A DNA stretch of 64,000 nt from the NCBI GenBank assembly GCA_963772835.1, contig CAVYYZ010000003.1, forward strand, positions 32,001-96,000. Reading direction: 5' to 3'. Shown piece by piece: positions 58,686 to 64,000 of the stretch. The position numbers and the translations under genes were made by a program. The notes below the pieces were generated by a model, which was not told the origin of the DNA, searched no databases, and worked only from the letters and a program-made list of their open reading frames with translations. Numbering within the stretch: the stretch's first letter is position 1; each line of letters begins with the position of its first letter. Source of the DNA: an uncultured delta proteobacterium. GTDB taxonomy: Bacteria; Desulfobacterota; Desulfuromonadia; Geobacterales; Pseudopelobacteraceae.

Positions 58686-61108
58686 GTATACATACTGAAC
58701 AGAACTGCAGTCACTGCGGCATCAGCTTCCGCTGGAAAGCGATCGTCAGCAGCGACCTTGACGGCGACCGGAGCGTCTTCTGCTGCCGGGGATGTCAGGG
58801 CGCTTATCGCATGATCTGCGATGCCGGACTGGAAAACTTTTATCAGCGATCAGACCGTGAGACTCCGACGGTAGCCGCTTCACTTTCCGCCACCTTCAAT
58901 GATGCCGATCTGGCGCATCACCTGATTCCGGAGGGGGACCTTTGCCGGATCGACATACTGATCGGCGGAATTACCTGCCCTTCCTGCGTCTGGCTGCTGG
59001 AGCGGATGCTGGTCCGCACACCGGGGGTCGAATACGTCAGTATCTCCTACAGCGGCGGGATTGCGTCGCTCCGTTTCGATCCTTTGCTGGTTACGCCGCT
59101 GGAACTGTTCTCCGTCATCGTCCGCCTCGGTTATGTTCCGCGCCCCTATTCAGCCGATCAGTCGGAAAAAGTGGCGCGGCGCGAACGGGATGATCTGCTG
59201 CTCCGTTTCGGTACTGCCCTGTTTCTGACCATGCAGCTGATGGCCTATTCCTATGCCCTGTATGCCGGGTTTTTTCAGGGGATGGGGAGTGACATGAAGC
59301 ATTTTCTGCAGTACGTGTCCCTGCTGGTGACAACTCCGGTTGTGTTCTACTCCGGCTGGCCGTTTATCTCCGGTGCCTGGCGTTCGCTCAAAACCGCTGC
59401 TCCCGGAATGGATCTGCTGATCGCGATGGGGGCACTTTCCGCATGGTCCTACAGCGTCTGGGCAACCGTTGCCGGTCAGGAAACCTATTTTGAAAGTGCG
59501 GCAATGATCGTGACGTTTGTCCTGATCGGCCGTCTGCTTGAGCTGTCGGTGCGTCGCCGCGCCATGTCCGGCATCAGCTCCCTGTATGCTGCCGCCCCGC
59601 AACGGGCGACGCCGGTGGGTGGGGGGGGGGACCGCACGGTCGATGTTGAAGAGGTCCGTCCGGGAGATCTGTTGCTGGTCCGGCAGGGGGAGCGTTTCCC
59701 GGTTGATTGCCTGATTGTGGAAGGGGAGACGGAGGTTGATCAGGCGCTGGCTACCGGCGAGAGTCAGCCGGTCCTGCTGGGCTGCGGGGACGATGTCCGT
59801 TCCGGCTGTGTCAATGTGGCAGCACCGGTGACGGTGCAGGCGCTCAGACCTGCCGGTCAGAGTTATCTGATGCGGGTCGCGGCGCTGGTGCAGATGGCGC
59901 AGTCCGGGAAACCGAAGCTGCAGCAGCTGGCCGACCGGGTTTCCGCCTGGTTCGTGCCGGCAGTTATTCTGCTGGCGCTGCTGGTGTGTGCGGGGCGACT
60001 GCTCTATTTCGGCGACAGCGCCGCTGCGGCGATCATGTCGGCACTGTCGGTCATTCTGATCGCCTGTCCCTGCGCAATGGGTCTGGCGGTTCCGGCCGCA
60101 GTGCTCGCGGCGTGCAGCCGCTCGGCATCACTCGGCATCATTCTGCGGGGGGGAGATGTCATTGAACGACTGGCATCGGTCTCCACAGCGCTGTTCGACA
60201 AAACTGGCACGATCACCTGCGGTCAGCCCGGCGTCATCCGGTTTGACACTTATTCCGGTTATTCCGATGCTGTCGTCCTCCAGGCCGCAACTACACTTGA
60301 AGAACAGGCATCTCACCCGCTGGCGAGAGCTATCGTTCAGCATGCGGCCGACCATGGCTATCAGCCCGAACCGTGCCATGATTTTCGTTCGGTTCCGGGG
60401 CGGGGGATTTCGGCACTTCTTCCGGACGGGGAGTCGGTACTCTGCGGCAGCGAAGCGTTCCTTCTTGAGCAGGAAGTGCCGGCAGAGATCGAGAGCTGCT
60501 TCGACAGCGCCGCTACCACCGTTCTGGTCGCCATAGACGGAGAGCTGGCGGGACGTTTTCTTTTAATCGATCAACTGCGGAAAGGAGCTGAGGCTGCGAT
60601 ATCCGGGCTTGCCTCGGAGGGGATGGACATCAGCTTCATCAGTGGTGACCATCAGAACACGGTAGAGCGGATAGCCGCAGAAATTGGCGTTACATCATCC
60701 TTTGGCGGCATGACGCCGGATCAGAAACTTACCCGAGTCACGGAACTTCAGCAGCGGGGGCGCAGGGTGCTGATGGTCGGTGACGGCGTCAACGATGCGC
60801 CTGCGTTGGCGGCCGCGACGGTCAGCTGCTCATTGTCCGGATCAAGCGATATCGCTCTTGAAAATGCCGATGTCATCATTACCGGAGACGATCTTTCGCG
60901 CATTGCAACAGCGTACCGGATCAGCCGGGCGACCATGGTTATCATAAAGCAGAACCTTGCCTGGGCTTTCGTGTATAATATAATCGGCATACCGCTGGCG
61001 ATGACCGGTCTTCTTACTCCGGTCTACGCCGCCGTCGCCATGACCGCCAGCTCACTGCTGGTTTCGCTTAACTCGCTCCGCCTGATGAGGTTCAAGCACC
61101 ATGGATGA
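58682..61108 (+). CDS. ccoI: CcoI/FixI-type P1B heavy-metal (Cu) ATPase
   Basis: N-terminal CSHC...CCRGC, CPSC HMA, TGES, CPC, DKTGT, HP, GDGVNDAPAL, YN and MxxSS. Confidence 0.9.
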   Translation: MSIHTEQNCSHCGISFRWKAIVSSDLDGDRSVFCCRGCQGAYRMICDAGLENFYQRSDRETPTVAASLSATFNDADLAHHLIPEGDLCRIDILIGGITCPSCVWLLERMLVRTPGVEYVSISYSGGIASLRFDPLLVTPLELFSVIVRLGYVPRPYSADQSEKVARRERDDLLLRFGTALFLTMQLMAYSYALYAGFFQGMGSDMKHFLQYVSLLVTTPVVFYSGWPFISGAWRSLKTAAPGMDLLIAMGALSAWSYSVWATVAGQETYFESAAMIVTFVLIGRLLELSVRRRAMSGISSLYAAAPQRATPVGGGGDRTVDVEEVRPGDLLLVRQGERFPVDCLIVEGETEVDQALATGESQPVLLGCGDDVRSGCVNVAAPVTVQALRPAGQSYLMRVAALVQMAQSGKPKLQQLADRVSAWFVPAVILLALLVCAGRLLYFGDSAAAAIMSALSVILIACPCAMGLAVPAAVLAACSRSASLGIILRGGDVIERLASVSTALFDKTGTITCGQPGVIRFDTYSGYSDAVVLQAATTLEEQASHPLARAIVQHAADHGYQPEPCHDFRSVPGRGISALLPDGESVLCGSEAFLLEQEVPAEIESCFDSAATTVLVAIDGELAGRFLLIDQLRKGAEAAISGLASEGMDISFISGDHQNTVERIAAEIGVTSSFGGMTPDQKLTRVTELQQRGRRVLMVGDGVNDAPALAAATVSCSLSGSSDIALENADVIITGDDLSRIATAYRISRATMVIIKQNLAWAFVYNIIGIPLAMTGLLTPVYAAVAMTASSLLVSLNSLRLMRFKHHG

Positions 61109-61241
61109 AAGTCTGATTATTCTGATTATATTGTCACTATGCCTGGGTGCCGGGTGCTGGCTGATATTCATCTGGGCAGTCAAGAAGGGTGAATTCGAGG
61201 ATGTTGAGAAGCCGAAGCATCGCATGCTGGATGATGATTGA
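61101..61241 (+). CDS. ccoS: cbb3-type oxidase assembly protein CcoS/FixS (46 aa, below the ORF-track cutoff)
   Basis: MDESLIILIILSLCLGAGCWLIFIWAVKKGEFEDVEKPKHRMLDDD; overlaps the 3' end of ccoI. Confidence 0.9.
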   Translation: MDESLIILIILSLCLGAGCWLIFIWAVKKGEFEDVEKPKHRMLDDD

Positions 61242-61328
61242 CGTTGCGATGTTGTGCGGAAATAGGTATTTTGAGCTGAGAATGCAGTTATTTACAGAAA
61301 TCATACAATGTCGTTTATGAGCACTTTC

Positions 61329-64000
61329 ATGCATAAAATACCTGTCAAACGAATCTGTAAAATAGCCGTGTTCGCCATTTTTGCCGGCGTGTTGCTGCTG
61401 TCTGTCACGCTTGCATCTCTCCCGACTCTCATCAACAGCCACACTGTGCAAAACCGGATTCAAAAGGCGCTTTCCTCCTCGATGAAACGTCAGGTGGCTT
61501 GGTCGAATCTCGTCATGACCTGGCCGGCCGGACTTACGCTCTCCGGTTTCACGTTCGGTGACGGACCGGCACCTCTTCTCAGAGCAGAAATAGATCGGAT
61601 TACGATCGTTCCCGGTTTCGGCCGTGGAACAGACGGCGGCTTCGGCATTGACCTGACGATCCGGATACACACTGTTCGGGCTGATCTTGCCCCCGGGCCG
61701 GCCAAACCGCCATCTCCAAAACCGGCCAAGGATCCGTTGACCCTGCTGGCGGAAACAATTCAAAAAGTTCAGAAACTCGATGTTCCGTTGCCGGTTGATC
61801 TGCGCGTCATGGTTGAAGTGGCACCGATGCAGGTTACGTACCACGCTCCGCCGCCGGGGAAACAGCTGCAGCTGCGTGATTTTTCGCTCCGCTTTGCAAT
61901 GCCGTCGCTGGCCGCCAGGCCGGTTACGGCAGAGGTGAACGGCCGGGTATCGGCGAACGGGCATGACGTGGGGAACGTCACTTTCAACGCGAAGGTGAGT
62001 GATCTGGTGACTAAAACATCCCGGGTCCATCTTGCCTCTGCGCTCTTTTCCGTTGATACGACCGCGCCCGGCACGAGCATGACACTTACCGGCGGGCTCA
62101 GCCAGTCGGAAGGTTTTGCCGCGCGTGTGAAACTTGATCTGCCCGGGTTTCAGGCGATAGCCGGCCCCTTTATTCCACCCACGGTTCCGAAGCTGGAGGG
62201 GAACTTCGAACTTCTGCTTCGGGCAAAGAGCGATGCGAATCGAGACCTGCATGCCTCGCTGACTATTGACGGGTCCGGTCTGGCCGCACGGGGAGGTTCG
62301 CTGAAAGCAAAGAAGGTCGGACCGCTCGACCTGAAGCTGCGGCAACTGATTGCCACCGATCATACTCGTCAGCGGGTTGATTTTTCCTCCGGCACCCTGT
62401 CCATTCCGGGGCTGCTTGATGCCGCGTGGAACGCCTCAGTCACCCGTCCGACTTCTCCGGAACGGGCACTGGAAATACGGTTCGGTCCTTTGCGGTTGGA
62501 TCTGGCCAGGGTGTTTTCCCTGTCTGCTCCATTTATACCAGCCACCGTTCCAGTCACAGACATTGCCGGGGAAGCATCCCTCCGCTCCCTGATCCTGCAC
62601 CTGAACGGCCCCGGTAATCATGGCACTCTTGCCGTCAACGGCTTCGGCATCATCATTCCGCGCGTTCGACTGGCGCTTGTCAAGGGGGATTTGACTGCAG
62701 AAAATACCGAACTAACCCTCGATATGGCTGAATGCCCGCTCTCCGCCACAGTGCCGACTAGACTAACGGCAGATCTGCTCTGGAGCATCGGGAAAACCCG
62801 CCTCTCCGGAGTCGAACCGCTTACTGTTCTGGGCATGCGCGGTAAAGTCGGAGTGGCGCTGTCCGACCTCAATTTGAAGGGCGCCTCGCCGCGCAGAGTT
62901 TCCGCTTCCGCCGTTATGACGCAAACCCTCGACCTTGACCGTGCCTCTCTCGGTATCCGGCTGACCGCCGAGAACGTACACGAACAGCTCCGCATACTGG
63001 CCCGGGCTGCCGACAACGGTGAAATAACGGCGGATCTTCCGGAATTCGCCGTTACCGTCGATTCTCTGCATGGTACCCAATCCGGCAGACGTATCGCTCC
63101 ATTTCCGCTTGCCGCTTCTCTGACCGCGACCGACCTTCATATCACGACCGTCAAAGGGGTTCGTCCGACTCTTAAACACGCTGCAGCGGTTATTTCTGCC
63201 GGCGATTTTCTGCGGTTTACCGCCGATGCGGCACTATCGGGGGCTTCACCACAGCGCGCCACCTCCAGCGGAACTGCACGGATTGACCTGCATCGCGCAC
63301 TGCCGTACGCCGCCCCCTTTGCTCCTAAAGGGTTGAAAGCGGACGGCGTCGTGACTGCGGTCTGGGATATGGCTGGGCCGCTGCCGGAAAAGGCACTTTC
63401 GGCCGAAAAACATCCGCTCCGGAATGCCAGAACCGTATTGTCGCTGTTTGACACACTGGAATTCGGGCTGAAACTTGATACAATCTCTGCATCGGTTCCG
63501 TCGGCCAGGGGGACAATCACTGTGACGGGCCTTCGTACCGGTCCTGAGCTGCACTTCGTGACAGCGCGAAAAGGAGAATCTGCCCGGTTTGACGGCGGTC
63601 TGCTGTTCGCAGGAGTGAACGGCCTCCCGGGGGCTGCCGGGAAGCTTCCCGTCCAGCACGGCTCGTTTGTCTTCAACGGCGAACTCTCCGGCTGGAGGGA
63701 ATTCCGCCTGAGTGAAGCGCTGCGGATCGATCCTCTGGCTCTTTCGCATGAGGCCGAGCTGAATGTCAGCCGCATCGATGCCCTGCTGGAAGAAAAAGAG
63801 CCGTTCAATACCGTGACACTGCTCAAACGTCTTGACGCCACTCTGATTGCCGGTTTTGACGGGAAGTTCTCACGCGGGATGAAACAGCTTCTGCCCGGAT
63901 TTGATGTGGCGGGAACAGTCAGCAGCGCTGTTCGTGTCGACCTCAGCGCCGCGCATGAACTTGCGCTTCGCTGCTCCCTGAGTACGAAGGATTTCGACGT
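61329..64000 (+). CDS. Large AsmA-like membrane-anchored beta-rich protein; 3' end lies outside the window
   Basis: ATG 61329 (or 61317) gives MHKIPVKRICKIAVFAIFAGVLLLSVTLASLPTLINSHTVQNRIQKALSSSMKRQVAWSNL. The same frame is open at the window end. The track has no competing long + ORF, consistent with an unstopped frame. Interior checked only partly by eye. Confidence 0.75.
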   Translation, partial: MHKIPVKRICKIAVFAIFAGVLLLSVTLASLPTLINSHTVQNRIQKALSSSMKRQVAWSNLVMTWPAGLTLSGFTFGDGPAPLLRAEIDRITIVPGFGRGTDGGFGIDLTIRIHTVRADLAPGPAKPPSPKPAKDPLTLLAETIQKVQKLDVPLPVDLRVMVEVAPMQVTYHAPPPGKQLQLRDFSLRFAMPSLAARPVTAEVNGRVSANGHDVGNVTFNAKVSDLVTKTSRVHLASALFSVDTTAPGTSMTLTGGLSQSEGFAARVKLDLPGFQAIAGPFIPPTVPKLEGNFELLLRAKSDANRDLHASLTIDGSGLAARGGSLKAKKVGPLDLKLRQLIATDHTRQRVDFSSGTLSIPGLLDAAWNASVTRPTSPERALEIRFGPLRLDLARVFSLSAPFIPATVPVTDIAGEASLRSLILHLNGPGNHGTLAVNGFGIIIPRVRLALVKGDLTAENTELTLDMAECPLSATVPTRLTADLLWSIGKTRLSGVEPLTVLGMRGKVGVALSDLNLKGASPRRVSASAVMTQTLDLDRASLGIRLTAENVHEQLRILARAADNGEITADLPEFAVTVDSLHGTQSGRRIAPFPLAASLTATDLHITTVKGVRPTLKHAAAVISAGDFLRFTADAALSGASPQRATSSGTARIDLHRALPYAAPFAPKGLKADGVVTAVWDMAGPLPEKALSAEKHPLRNARTVLSLFDTLEFGLKLDTISASVPSARGTITVTGLRTGPELHFVTARKGESARFDGGLLFAGVNGLPGAAGKLPVQHGSFVFNGELSGWREFRLSEALRIDPLALSHEAELNVSRIDALLEEKEPFNTVTLLKRLDATLIAGFDGKFSRGMKQLLPGFDVAGTVSSAVRVDLSAAHELALRCSLSTKDFD

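Noticed and set aside
61137..62363. 408-aa minus-strand ORF, and others up to 63841
   Set aside because: Antisense shadows of ccoS and the long + strand AsmA-like frame; Arg-rich, non-protein-like composition.

Overview
Ordinary-looking bacterial chromosomal window. Gene content and order suggest a Desulfuromonadales/Geobacteraceae-type deltaproteobacterium (inference). Left to right: the 3' part of a phosphate uptake operon (pstC-pstA-pstB-phoU); tRNA-Asp; class II ribonucleotide reductase nrdJ with tandem NrdR boxes; a long + strand run (beta-helix protein, cysteine desulfurase, lipoprotein, PIN-PhoH, tsaD, rsmA, rmuC, Sua5/YciO, YihY, a lone sucA); a pseudo-receiver/LysM/PilB-like trio; the rimP-nusA-ylxR/L7Ae-infB-rbfA-nrnA-truB-rpsO-pnp cluster; ppx; dut; trpS-scpA-scpB; MEMO1; an orphan histidine kinase; UbiD plus an ABC-2 exporter; an accessory minus-strand block (dbpA, lipoproteins, EamA, 3-hydroxyacyl-CoA dehydrogenase, DUF554); ccoG-ccoI-ccoS; and a large AsmA-like ORF running off the window end. 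I saw no CRISPR array, transposase, integrase or rRNA. The strongest unexplained signal is a family of intergenic inverted-repeat elements inside operons. Their arms are built of tandem 8-bp units around unique AT-rich spacers. In the two best copies the stem mismatches fall at the same positions even though the bases differ. Other finds missed by the ORF track: a frameshifted lipoprotein gene, ccoS, the terminal AsmA-like ORF, and a G10 tract inside ccoI.
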